Origin: Candidatus Bathyarchaeota archaeon
GTDB lineage: Archaea > Thermoproteota > Bathyarchaeia > Bathyarchaeales > Bathycorpusculaceae
Assembly: GCA_963767735.1 (NCBI GenBank)
Contig: CAVYES010000010.1
Coordinates: forward strand, 1 to 64,000
Direction: 5' to 3'
Length of the DNA stretch: 64,000 bases
The position numbers and the translations under genes were made by a program. Below the pieces are notes generated by a model. It saw only the letters and a list, made by a program, of their open reading frames with translations, ran no database searches and was not told the origin of the DNA. Of the stretch, positions 1-10,757 are shown in pieces (positions within the stretch are counted from its first letter, which is position 1; each line of letters begins with the position of its first letter).

Positions 1-74
1 AAAAGTTGATTTTGAGTAAGTTGCGATAATAACAATTAAATACCAACTTTCTCGACGTAAACAAAATTCGTCGA

Positions 75-3000
75 GTTTCAATCCTTGTTTTGTTGGATTT
101 TCTTTTCGGACAGACGACTTCATCATTCATCCCGCCGGGCTGTTTTAAGTTTCAATCCTTGTTTTGTTGGATTTTCTTTTCGGACATTAAACTTACGTGG
201 CACTGAAAGGCGAAGACGACGTGTTTCAATCCTTGTTTTGTTGGATTAGCTTTTTGGACTGGCATATTTGGAGTGACGACATCGGCGAAGGCAGCATTTC
301 AATCCTTGTTTTGTTGGATTAGCTTTTTGGACGTACAATCATTTAACGGCTTTCGAGTAACAATGACATGTTTCAATCCTTGTTTTGTTGGATTAGCTTT
401 TTGGACGCCTATATCGCGGTTGACAGTCAGCTTCAAAGGCGGTTTCAATCCTTGTTTTGTTGGATTAGCTTTTTGGACATGATGGGATAAACACGTTAAA
501 ACTCGGCAAAATAGCGTTTCAATCCTTGTTTTGTTGGATTAGCTTTTTGGACAAGAAACTGTTTCTCGCCTTTTGGCAGATGCAGCTCGTTTCAATCCTT
601 GTTTTGTTGGATTAGCTTTTTGGACAGTGGATCCTCCACTGTGGGCGCCAGGGAGTATTGCCGTTTCGATCCTTGTTTTGTTGGATTAGCTTTTTGGACG
701 TTTTAAAAGATTTATTCCAAAAATCGACAATTAGTTTCAATCCTTGTTTTGTTGGATTAGCTTTTTGGACAACCCAATCCCCAACGTTGCTCCTCATGAG
801 GCAGCAGTTTCAATCCTTGTTTTGTTGGATTAGCTTTTTGGACACGAATATGTCACACTTGTTGGCGTGGTTCGGACGGTTTCAATCCTTGTTTTGTTGG
901 ATTAGCTTTTTGGACAAACAGTGCTAAATAGTTTTCATGGTAATGGAGCGAAGTTTCAATCCTTGTTTTGTTGGATTAGCTTTTTGGACGTTTCTGGCTT
1001 CTAACCTCATGATGAGGCACCAGTTTCAATCCTTGTTTTGTTGGATTAGCTTTTTGGACACATGGCAACAACTCACCAAACAACCCCTAAACCTAGTTTC
1101 AATCCTTGTTTTGTTGGATTAGCTTTTTGGACAGTTGAACCTAAAATGCTGTGTGCACCAAATCACTAGTTTTCAATCCTTGTTTTGTTGGATTAGCTTT
1201 TTTGATGGCGTAATCAACTTGCGTCGTTTCTCTCGATCGAGTTTCAATCCTTGTTTTGTTGGATTAGCTTTTTGGACGGTCTTAGATACGTAATTATGTA
1301 CTTTTTGTAGCTGTTTCAATCCTTGTTTTGTTGGATTAGCTTTTTGGACACTCGTCCAAAAGGTTCTCAACAAGACCCGTCAAACCATGTTTCAATCCTT
1401 GTTTTGTTGGATTAGCTTTTTGGACAGCCAAAGCCGCGAACTCCTCATTCGCCTTGTTCTGGTTTCAATCCTTGTTTTGTTGGATTAGCTTTTTGGACAA
1501 CTCTTTCGGAATCTTCTTCCGATTCATATACTCGTCGTTTCAATCCTTGTTTTGTTGGATTAGCTTTTTGGACGATTACGGTTCCAAAAGATTTAGTTGA
1601 TGACCTAAGTTTCAATCCTTGTTTTGTTGGATTAGCTTTTTGGACGTGTACTGCAGGCTTTCAAGCGCCGTTGGCGATGCATGGTTTCAATCCTTGTTTT
1701 GTTGGATTAGCTTTTTGGACAGAAACAACAATAGCTATAAAAGCCTAAACATATCGTTTCAATCCTTGTTTTGTTGGATTAGCTTTTTGGACAAAGAGCA
1801 AACGGTTTGATTTCTGTTTCTTCAACGGAGTTTCAATCCTTGTTTTGTTGGATTAGCTTTTTGGACGCGTTATCATCGACAGCGTCAACCGCGCCCACAA
1901 TCAGTTTCAATCCTTGTTTTGTTGGATTAGCTTTTTGGACCACCCTTCTGAAGCTGTGAGAAGTTGGAGAAGGCAAGTTTCAATCCTTGTTTTGTTGGAT
2001 TAGCTTTTTGGACGTGTCTGAAGCTACACTATGGTTAGCAAATGTTTGCAGTTTCAATCCTTGTTTTGTTGGATTAGCTTTTTGATGGCGGTTCAATTTT
2101 GCGTCGTTTCTCTCGATTGAGTTTCAATCCTTGTTTTGTTGGATTAGCTTTTTGGACGCTTTATCAGTTACCGTTTGCGGTGCATACTGCATCGGTTTCA
2201 ATCCTTGTTTTGTTGGATTAGCTTTTTGGACTTTTAGCAAGTAAAAATTTACGATAATACAATTGTTTCAATCCTTGTTTTGTTGGATTAGCTTTTTGGA
2301 CAAATCTTCAAGCGTTAACAATATGTGTCGCTCCGATGTTTCAATCCTTGTTTTGTTGGATTAGCTTTTTGGACGACTCCCTAGCGGAGTTGATCAGCCC
2401 CATAGAACAGTAAAGTTTCAATCCTTGTTTTGTTGGATTAGCTTTTTGGACAAAGAGAAAAAGATATGATTTCTATTTCTTCAACGGAGTTTCAATCCTT
2501 GTTTTGTTGGATTAGCTTTTTGGACGTGTTTCATCAACGCGTCAACCGCGCCAACAATCAGTTTCAATCCTTGTTTTGTTGGATTAGCTTTTTTGGCCAT
2601 CGTTCTGAAGCTATGAGAAGTTGGAGAAGGCAAGTTTCAATCCTTGTTTTGTTGGATTAGTTTTTTGGACTTTTCTTAAGGCGACTAGTGTAAGCAAATG
2701 TTTGCATAGTTTCAATCCTTGTTTTGTTGGATTAGTTTTTTGGACAGGTCGAATTAATTTTGCGTCATTGCACTCGAAAGGGTTTCAATCCTTGTTTTGT
2801 TGGATTAGCTTTTTGGACATCTTTTCAGTATGGCTATATTCGATTGTGGTGTGAAAGGTTTCAATCCTTGTTTTGTTGGATTTGCTTTTTGGACTTACTG
2901 TGAGCAATCGGTGTATGTTGATGTAAAGTCTAGTTTCAATCCTTGTTTTGTTGGATTAGCCTTTTGGACTGCTCTATCAGCGAAACCGTATTTTGCAGCC

Positions 3001-5060
3001 ATAAAATACAGTTTCAATCCTTGTTTTGTTGGATTACCTTTTTGGACCATATATTAGAGTACGCGCAACTAATGCAATCATAGACAAAGTTTCAATCCTT
3101 GTTTTGTTGGATTAGCTTTTTGGACGCCTGCGAACTGAAGCAATTTTAAGCACATATCTGTCTACGGTTTCAATCCTTGTTTTGTTGGATTAGCCTTTTT
3201 GGACTATGTAGTACCATTGGCAGTGGAATTGTTAATATGAGCAAGATTGTTTCAATCCTTGTTTTGTTGGATTAGCCTTTTGGACTACGGCTAGGTGCAT
3301 CGCAGATAATCGCACGTTGCAATAGGGTTTCAATCCTTGTTGTGTTGGATTACCTTTTTGGACATTGTACTGCAACCTATTGTTAGCGTGCATCAGACGT
3401 GTTTCAATCCTTGTTTTGTTGGATTAGCCTTTTTGGACTACTTACTCATTGATGTCATAGCACCTAGTTTATACCATTGTTTCAATCCTTGTTTTGTTGG
3501 ATTTCCTTTTTGGACATTCTGACTTTCACAGGAAAATCTGCAAATAATCATGTTTCAATCCTTGTTTTGTTGGATTAGCCTTTTGGACAAGCCTCTTGCA
3601 TAATGGTTGCCTTGTCCACAATGTGTTTCAATCCTTGTTTTGTTGGATTAGCTTTTTGGACAGGGTCATCGGCTACGGATTACTTTTCTCACTGTTGTTT
3701 CAATCCTTGTTTTGTTGGATTAGCCTTTTTGGACACTATTACGGATTCACGAAGCTGGCGCATCTGCAACATGTGTTTCAATCCTTGTTTTGTTGGATTA
3801 GCCTTTTTGGACATCTGAACATACCCAGCCAGCAGCTTAGATCCACGGTTTCAATCCTTGTTTTGTTGGATTAGCCTTTTTGGACACTGGTACCAGGACT
3901 TCGTCTGAAGTGGAGAATCTACAAGTTTCAATCCTTGTTTTGTTGGATTAGCCTTTTTGGACATCTAGTACTAGACTGGCTGAAGACGTTAGGTTGCATC
4001 AGTTTCAATCCTTGTTTTGTTGGATTACCTTTTTGGACAATCAGTCCAGAACTAATTCATGGAGAATATGTAGAGTTTCAATCCTTGTTTTGTTGGATTA
4101 GCCTTTTTGGACTCGTTAATGTCAGCTTTTGATAGTTCATTGGACACACTCGTTTCAATCCTTGTTTTGTTGGATTAGCCTTTTTGGACTAGTATTAGCG
4201 TCTTAAGATCCCATGTTTAAGATACTGTTTCAATCCTTGTTTTGTTGGATTAGCCTTTTGGACTCGCCTCACGTTTGCATTTCATCAGCTGAAAAGCTGG
4301 GTTTCAATCCTTGTTTTGTTGGATTAGCCTTTTTGGACCATACAACGTCAAAGATACATCTCCTAATGTAACTTGTTTCAATCCTTGTTTTGTTGGATTA
4401 GCCTTTTTGGACGCCTCAAACTTGCATTGTTACCAGCTGAAAGCACGTTTCAATCCTTGTTTTGTTGGATTAGCCTTTTGGACATAGCAATATCCAGTCC
4501 TCTAGCGTTAAAAGACTTCGTTTCAATCCTTGTTTTGTTGGATTAGCCTTTTGGACCTGCAGTCAGTCAATTGTAAACTATGCTTAATAGTTGTTTCAAT
4601 CCTTGTTTTGTTGGATTAGCCTTTTGGACATGCTTAACCAGTACTGTACGTTTATGCTGTAAGTTGTTTCAATCCTTGTTTTGTTGGATTAGCCTTTTGG
4701 ACAGCTGCACTGAAGTCTGTTTAGCCAGCTGCAACTTGAGTTTCAATCCTTGTTTTGTTGGATTAGCCTTTTGGACTCTCATTTAGCTTAGACTTGGCTA
4801 TGCTTAAGTGTTTCAATCCTTGTTTTGTTGGATTAGCCTTTTGGACTGCGCACCCAGCCTTTAATTCGTGCCTTAGCTATAAAGTTTCAATCCTTGTTTT
4901 GTTGGATTAGCCTTTTGGACCCCTCATAATGTAGCTTTGCGATGCCTTTGTACGTGTTTCAATCCTTGTTTTGTTGGATTAGCCTTTTGGACTAGCCGTT
5001 CAGCATAGTTTGCTTAGAAGTCAGTTTCAATCCTTGTTTTGTTGGATTAGCCTTTTGGAC
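75..5060 (-). CRISPR. CRISPR array, 68 repeats / 67 spacers by hand count; 37-bp repeat GTTTCAATCCTTGTTTTGTTGGATTAGCTTTTTGGAC on + strand
   Basis: Repeat recurs about every 73 bp from 75 to 5024. The minus-strand form ends in the canonical ATTGAAAC. Degenerate copies at 75 and 149 mark the trailer end. The cas operon is adjacent. Confidence 0.99.
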
Positions 5061-5208
5061 AGCCATATTTTTGGGGTTTATTTGGCTTTTTAAGCCTTTT
5101 CGTGGCGATACTGTGTTGTTTTTTTTATTATCGGTTAATTATTTATTCGTTTATAACGATACGGATTTTGTGCCTCCACTTAAAGTTTAGTGCTAAATTG
5201 ATTTTTGT
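5061..5208 (-). promoter_or_regulatory. CRISPR leader
   Basis: AT-rich non-coding 148 bp between the cas4 stop and the first repeat in the transcribed orientation, with TATA-like A/T runs. Confidence 0.8.
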
Positions 5209-5778
5209 TTAAGGGCAAATTTTTCTATAGCAACAATTTAAACATCTATTATCATGTTTTGAAAAGGGCATATCGCCAGAACTAATTGTGTAACGGGTTT
5301 TTTGGAGTACCTCTAGAGCATTTTGCTTAATTTTCTCAGTAATTTTGACAGGCACCTCCACTCTTTCATTCTTATCAAAAACTACGATAGCCTGATTGAC
5401 TTTTTTCCCAGTGTTTTCCTCAGCCAAAATAGCCAGCAATCCAAGCTGGGTTTTTAGGGTTGAACCTATGAAGATAAAATCTGAATATTTGCGTTCAATT
5501 ATTAAAATCTGGTCGTCCGCTACTACAGCTTCGTCAATTTTTCCCGAAAATCCATATTTTTTTGAGTAAAGCAGAAGCTCTGTTAGTTTGGTGCCTTCTA
5601 ATCGTTTAACTTTGTAAGTTTTGTTACTGGTTGAGTGCCGGCTGTGGAAAACACGTCCAGATTGGACAGTACCGCGTTTGCCTTCCCTTTGCTCGATGCC
5701 AAGCACCAGCTGAAAGTAGGTAAATCGGGGGCAGAATGCATGCTCCACTGCATTTGTTACAGATAGAGAGTTGCTCAA
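5209..5778 (-). CDS. cas4: CRISPR-associated exonuclease Cas4
   Basis: N-terminal FCPR, G-KID-x-IERK nuclease motif, C-terminal CLNCCYRKIC Fe-S cysteines; next to cas2/cas1. Confidence 0.95.
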   Translation of the reverse strand: MSNSLSVTNAVEHAFCPRFTYFQLVLGIEQREGKRGTVQSGRVFHSRHSTSNKTYKVKRLEGTKLTELLLYSKKYGFSGKIDEAVVADDQILIIERKYSDFIFIGSTLKTQLGLLAILAEENTGKKVNQAIVVFDKNERVEVPVKITEKIKQNALEVLQKTRYTISSGDMPFSKHDNRCLNCCYRKICP

Positions 5779-6071
5779 AGAACCATACTCTCCAAATCAT
5801 TAGCAACATATTCTTTATCGAATCCATGACCGATAATAGTGACTTTCCCAAAGCATTTCTGGCAAGCTAAAATCAGATACACCGATTCATTTTCCCCAGT
5901 TATCCGTTTAAGATTTTCAATCAAATCCTTTTTCTGCTGAGAAGACAGTGAGCCGCAGAAAACACTTTTTTGTATACGAACAAAGCCTATGTCTTTGAGC
6001 GCCTGAATGGTATGTGTCCTGGTTTTATCATCAGAAATATCGTAAACCGCATAGTACATGTTCTTCTTCAA
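5775..6071 (-). CDS. cas2: CRISPR-associated endoribonuclease Cas2
   Basis: YAVYDISDDKTR and RIQKSVF motifs; 98 aa. Confidence 0.97.
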   Translation of the reverse strand: MKKNMYYAVYDISDDKTRTHTIQALKDIGFVRIQKSVFCGSLSSQQKKDLIENLKRITGENESVYLILACQKCFGKVTIIGHGFDKEYVANDLESMVL

Positions 6072-6075
6072 CCGC

Positions 6076-7029
6076 TTAACCCTCCTCTGCGAAGTTGGCC
6101 ATTATTTTTCTGCAATACAGCCAGCTTTCCTTCTCCACAGCACTAGATGCATCCTGCATGTAAGCAGTGATTACGGCTTTTCGCCCCTCTTTTGACAGAA
6201 ACACGCCTAATGGTGCATCCTCTGAAGAGGTAAACCAGGAGTCCTTGACGCATTTTTTTGTAAACAGTTTCACCGCGATGCGGTCAACTTTAGCTCTAAA
6301 TAGCTCTATTAGGTCAAAAACCAAGGTCGGTTTACCGTAAGAATCAGCGTGATATATCCCTGCATTTGGATCTAAGCCGCTTAGAATAACAACTTTCTCC
6401 ACGCTTGAATAGGTAATGCCGTAGACATAGTTGAGAACTGCATTAAATTTGTCTTGGGCGGGCTGCCTGCTTCTTTCTTTGAATGCATATTTCTTAGGTA
6501 GCACAGAGGAGATGGCTGAGAAGTACTCGGCGGCTGCAAATCCTTCAATTCCCAAAAGTGTCTGCTTAAAAGACAGCGTATATTCAAGGCTGTTTAGGCT
6601 TTGCAAGGATTTGGAGATGGCTTTAATGGAGTTGCATATTGTTTCGTTTGGAATCTTCCGGTTGCTCTTTAGATCAACAAGGAGCTTTCTTTGTGCTCTA
6701 AGCTTGCATTCAACTATGTCTTTGGAAACTTTAAACGCTAAAGGGGTTTCTTGGTGTAGGTATTGTTTGCGTCTATATTCAGTTGCCCTACCGGGAGTAC
6801 TTGCCCAGAACCGCCCGAATGGCTTACCTGCCCAATTAGCCAGCACCAACTGAATATTCTTTTCCAAACAAAGAGCAACTGCCTGAGTGCTAATTAGAGC
6901 ATTAGCTGTAACAAGAATAGCATCCACTTTCTCGGCGGGAACCTCAGTCTTTTCGGTCGGCGTCTGTACAATAAAGCACTCATGATCTCGCTTCAGTACA
7001 CTTCCATGCTCGCTTATTTCAACTATCAT
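6076..7029 (-). CDS. cas1: CRISPR-associated endonuclease Cas1
   Basis: LLGIEGFAAAEYF, FNAVLNYVYG, GIYHAD and LVFDLIELFR motifs. Confidence 0.97.
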   Translation of the reverse strand: MIVEISEHGSVLKRDHECFIVQTPTEKTEVPAEKVDAILVTANALISTQAVALCLEKNIQLVLANWAGKPFGRFWASTPGRATEYRRKQYLHQETPLAFKVSKDIVECKLRAQRKLLVDLKSNRKIPNETICNSIKAISKSLQSLNSLEYTLSFKQTLLGIEGFAAAEYFSAISSVLPKKYAFKERSRQPAQDKFNAVLNYVYGITYSSVEKVVILSGLDPNAGIYHADSYGKPTLVFDLIELFRAKVDRIAVKLFTKKCVKDSWFTSSEDAPLGVFLSKEGRKAVITAYMQDASSAVEKESWLYCRKIMANFAEEG

Positions 7030-7697
7030 AACGCTCGCCTTATAGTGCCAAATCCCTTTGAAACGCTCTTTCCTAAACCGATAAAATCCGGGAGGTCAAC
7101 GTTCAAAAAGAAACGGGCAGAAAAAGCCTCAAACGGATTCCCATGAGCACTTACAGTATAGGAACGGAACGAGACAAGGTAGGATTCAATGCGGTAATCC
7201 ACAAAGATGCCCAAACCCTTAAGACAGCTTAAAGTGTTGCCGACCAGAATCTTTTCCAAAAAAGCGTTCTGCTTTTCCACATTCAAATCCTTAAAGGCAG
7301 AGTAATTAACCTCGTTAAGCGGAAGCCACGGCGAAGCGAAATCATAGCAGCAAGATGTATTGCGCACTTGCCAAGTCGATAGACTGATCTCTTGGCTGTC
7401 AACCTTAAAGCTTCCCCGTCTTGTGGAAATACTGTCCACAATCGACATCTTGTTCATAAGGACACTGGCATATTCTTGGAGCCCAAGAACAATCAGTTCA
7501 TTATTAACCCGTTTATACTGAATCAGCGGATAATGATAAGACCTCTCCGAGTGATGGTGAAATTCGGCGTCGTCGACAAAGAGGCTACCAAGAAAACCTC
7601 GAAGCTTAACCGCCGAAATATAATTTTGGTCCACAACGTTAAGTTTTACCCTGCAAATTTTCACGACTGTTTTTTGCTGGTCTGCCTCTTTACTCAT
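7026..7697 (-). CDS. cas6: CRISPR-associated endoribonuclease Cas6 (Cas6b-like)
   Basis: C-terminal Gly-rich loop GLGKSVSKGFG; YPLIQYK and PWLPLN motifs. Confidence 0.92.
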   Translation of the reverse strand: MSKEADQQKTVVKICRVKLNVVDQNYISAVKLRGFLGSLFVDDAEFHHHSERSYHYPLIQYKRVNNELIVLGLQEYASVLMNKMSIVDSISTRRGSFKVDSQEISLSTWQVRNTSCCYDFASPWLPLNEVNYSAFKDLNVEKQNAFLEKILVGNTLSCLKGLGIFVDYRIESYLVSFRSYTVSAHGNPFEAFSARFFLNVDLPDFIGLGKSVSKGFGTIRRAL

Positions 7698-9972
7698 TTT
7701 TTTTCACCCATTTATCCAACCCAACCTTGGGGTCATACACCATATTGATGCAGTCTTTTTTGGGTAAAAGAACATCCATTTCAAGCAGCTCCTCATCAAG
7801 CAGTGCTTCTAAGCCGTCGATTTTCTCAAGGAAACTTGGCAGCTGAGCCATAAACTCTGCATAGCTTTTGTAGAGCTTACTTTTTTTCTTATTGCGGTCT
7901 GAACACAAGAAATGCGCTTTGACTTCAGCCCACTCCTGGGGATTTGGTACAAGAACGGAATCGCTCAGCTCAATGGGCAAAGCGTGCCTTTTGATAAACT
8001 CCCAAACATCACCAAAGTTCAGGTTTTTCATTTTGTCATCGAGTTCTTTTGCTAAATTTTTGTTCCTTAGGTTTTCAGATGAAACCTTCTGATAGTAGCC
8101 TGCCAATGCTCTGTAGAGATCTATGGAAGAGTGAAGCTGCGGAATCAGCCTTTTAGACTCTTCTACCTCAAGCTCGCTGTAGGGCATAGGGTCATTATCC
8201 ACTTGGAAAACTGTCAGTATTGGGTTACTGCCCTCGCTTTCCCTATTTAGGCGCCCCATAGCCTGTACGATGTTATCCAGCGGCGCCATCTCCCGGTACA
8301 TTCGGCTAAAGCTCACATCCACCCCTGCCTCTAAAACCTGCGTCGAAATTACCGTTGCCGGCGCTTTATCACGCAGTCTTTTTTGGATAATTTGGCTTCT
8401 GTCACATTTCCTTATGCCCGTAGACAAGTAAACAGCATCAGGATTAAGCAGAAGCACTTTCTCAAAGAAGCCCAGTGCTTTACGCCTGGTATTAAACATG
8501 AACAGCGTGTGTCCATCGACTCCAAGAAGCGGAACCTCACTGGTGGGATCCAAAACACCCCTATATTCTATCCGTTTAGCAGTCATCTGTAGGTATCTAT
8601 CCTCAACCTCTTTTGGGGTTGCCAGCTTGGGTAAACCTTGAAGTTCATCAGGTATGGTAGCGCTGACTAGAAGTATTTTTGAATTGTACTTTTCTGTAAG
8701 CGCCTTAAGCAAAGATATGAGGTTTGGAAGCAAAACTTTAGGTATAGTTTGGACTTCGTCGATTATCAGAAAAGAGTTCTTGAAAGAAAGAAGTTTCTCT
8801 TTGTCAGCGGGTTCATTGGAGTAGAGCACCATCAGCAATCTCTGGGTTGTGGTGATGATTAGCTGTTTGTTGAAGGATTCCCGCAGAAAATACTCGTGGG
8901 TTTTAAAAAATTCAGGATCCTCAGCTTCCGCATCAAGAAAGACGCCTGAATCCTTTGACTGCCTCTTCTTAAGCAGGCTGCCAGTAAAGGCATTATTATA
9001 AACCAACACCTTCTCTGCATCAGCTTGGTCAAGCACTGAAACGCCCTTTTCTGCACCGAAGAGTTTACCCTCGAAATCATCAGTAAGCGCTAGCAACGGC
9101 GAAAAATAAAAAACTCTCTCAAAACGCTGGTTACCTGAAATTTTGTTGACTATGTCTAGGAAAATCTTGGTTTTACCTATACCTGTGGGCGCCTTGAGGA
9201 TTGCAAGCTTATCTTGGAAATTATTTTCAGAGAGAACCCGATCCTGAAAGCCCATTCGAATTTCTGAGAGCGAAAAACCCATGCGTACAAGCGCACCGGT
9301 GTTTAAGCTAATGCTGAAAGCAGGTTGCGGGAACTCCTCGAAAAAGCTTCCCCGGTCAGCCTGAATAAGCGCTGAAAACACTGAAGAAAAACCCAAAAAA
9401 TTCAAAATAAAATCGCCTTCAGCGGTGAAGTCAGTTTCATTTCGGGGTATGTTTTGGAACTTGCTCAGGCATTTATCCCAAGCTAAATCTTTGAATTCTT
9501 CAAGCTCTCTTACCGCCTGACTAAAAAGCTTCAGCTTAACATAGGTGCCGCTAAGGCTTTTTTCAAATCGTGTCTTATCGTGGTCAATGTAGGCTAAGCT
9601 TTTTGTGAACTGGGTAAGTTTTGAGTGATGCCCTGCCACTGCAAAAAGCGCCTGTTTTTGAGCATTTTTAGGTAAAGCCGTTATGTTAAGAAGCCTATTG
9701 GCTGCTAAGGCTGAAAATATTGCATGTGCCCTAAGATAGTCGCTGTTGACCCGTCCGCTAGAGAAGAGAATTTGATAGTAGGGGTTAAGTTTTCCAATAT
9801 CATGAAGTAAGCCAGCATAAAAAGCTGTGTCCACAAAACTGTTCCCAAAACCCAAACTTGACGATAGCTCACGCGCTCTGAGAGCCGTCTTTAAAGAATG
9901 CTCGAGCAACCCTGAGTTGTTGCTCTCTAAATCTTTTGGGCGTGCCAAAAAAAAATCAGAGCCACCAGCCAT
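7690..9972 (-). CDS. cas3: CRISPR-associated helicase/nuclease Cas3 (HD + SF2 helicase)
   Basis: EHS...LLHDIGK HD domain; APTGIGKT, DEVQ, SAT and QAMGRLNR helicase motifs. Confidence 0.96.
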   Translation of the reverse strand: MAGGSDFFLARPKDLESNNSGLLEHSLKTALRARELSSSLGFGNSFVDTAFYAGLLHDIGKLNPYYQILFSSGRVNSDYLRAHAIFSALAANRLLNITALPKNAQKQALFAVAGHHSKLTQFTKSLAYIDHDKTRFEKSLSGTYVKLKLFSQAVRELEEFKDLAWDKCLSKFQNIPRNETDFTAEGDFILNFLGFSSVFSALIQADRGSFFEEFPQPAFSISLNTGALVRMGFSLSEIRMGFQDRVLSENNFQDKLAILKAPTGIGKTKIFLDIVNKISGNQRFERVFYFSPLLALTDDFEGKLFGAEKGVSVLDQADAEKVLVYNNAFTGSLLKKRQSKDSGVFLDAEAEDPEFFKTHEYFLRESFNKQLIITTTQRLLMVLYSNEPADKEKLLSFKNSFLIIDEVQTIPKVLLPNLISLLKALTEKYNSKILLVSATIPDELQGLPKLATPKEVEDRYLQMTAKRIEYRGVLDPTSEVPLLGVDGHTLFMFNTRRKALGFFEKVLLLNPDAVYLSTGIRKCDRSQIIQKRLRDKAPATVISTQVLEAGVDVSFSRMYREMAPLDNIVQAMGRLNRESEGSNPILTVFQVDNDPMPYSELEVEESKRLIPQLHSSIDLYRALAGYYQKVSSENLRNKNLAKELDDKMKNLNFGDVWEFIKRHALPIELSDSVLVPNPQEWAEVKAHFLCSDRNKKKSKLYKSYAEFMAQLPSFLEKIDGLEALLDEELLEMDVLLPKKDCINMVYDPKVGLDKWVKKNE

Positions 9973-9988
9973 CTTCTAATCCTCCAGC

Positions 9989-10757
9989 CTAAAACAGGCA
10001 AAGAGCTTGCTCTGAGCCTTCCACAGAATAGAATTTAGCCAAAGAAAGGGGTGAATCATATTCGTCAATTTCCAATACTGAATTCTTGCCGTTTTCAGGA
10101 ACAGGAATGTAATGGCGCAGTACTGAACCTTTCAACGATCCGCCATCAATATAATGATACAGATGCCGTTCAACTATAATCTTAGCTGGAAAATTAGGAA
10201 TCTGATCGAATTTTACTCCGGGGTTTCTGCTTTTTGACTCTATGACTTCATCTAAAAATACGGTAGAAACAAGTAAGTCTTCAGGCTCAACCTCTTTAAC
10301 ACCCGATAGTTCACTGAACTTGGAGACCCTTGCCGGGCAATAGGCATGCCCTAAGCATAGGAGAAAACGCAAACCGGTTATCTTTAAGTCTGTCAAGCAA
10401 ATCCTGGTTTATCTCATCCGTGGATTTTACATAAACCGTATACTTGGGATTAACTAGCAACTCAGTTTTGTACGGTTTTGTCTTGGCTTCTTTTAGTGAG
10501 CGGTGGTTGGTAAAAAAGGTGCATTTGGTTGCTTGGCTTCGAACTTGTATTCCTACAGCGGTTTTCTTTAGCAGGTCAAGGTAGCCTTCACTGTATTGGC
10601 AGTCAAATGAGTTGGACCGTTTAACTCCAAGCAGAGCACCTATCAAACCCATCAGGGCACTCTTTGACGGTATGACAGTTACGGTCTGGTTGGTTGTCAC
10701 CGAGGGGTCTTTGAAGGCTGCAAAGTCTCCTTCAAGATCGAAGGAGACAAGACTCAA
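9989..10757 (-). CDS. cas5: Cas5 (type I-B-like), split by a 1-nt frameshift near 10355
   Basis: N-terminal FDLEGDFAAFKDP...PSKSALMGLIGALLG; the LGHAYCPA motif continues in the other frame. Confidence 0.88.

Noticed and set aside
273-4786. Many 60-90 aa ORFs with repeated FQSLFCWISFLD / FNPCFVGLAFWT
   Set aside because: They are translations of the CRISPR repeat, not genes.
75-5060. Self-targeting of the adjacent mobile cassette by spacers
   Set aside because: No match noticed by eye. An exhaustive spacer-versus-window alignment could not be run, so nothing is claimed.
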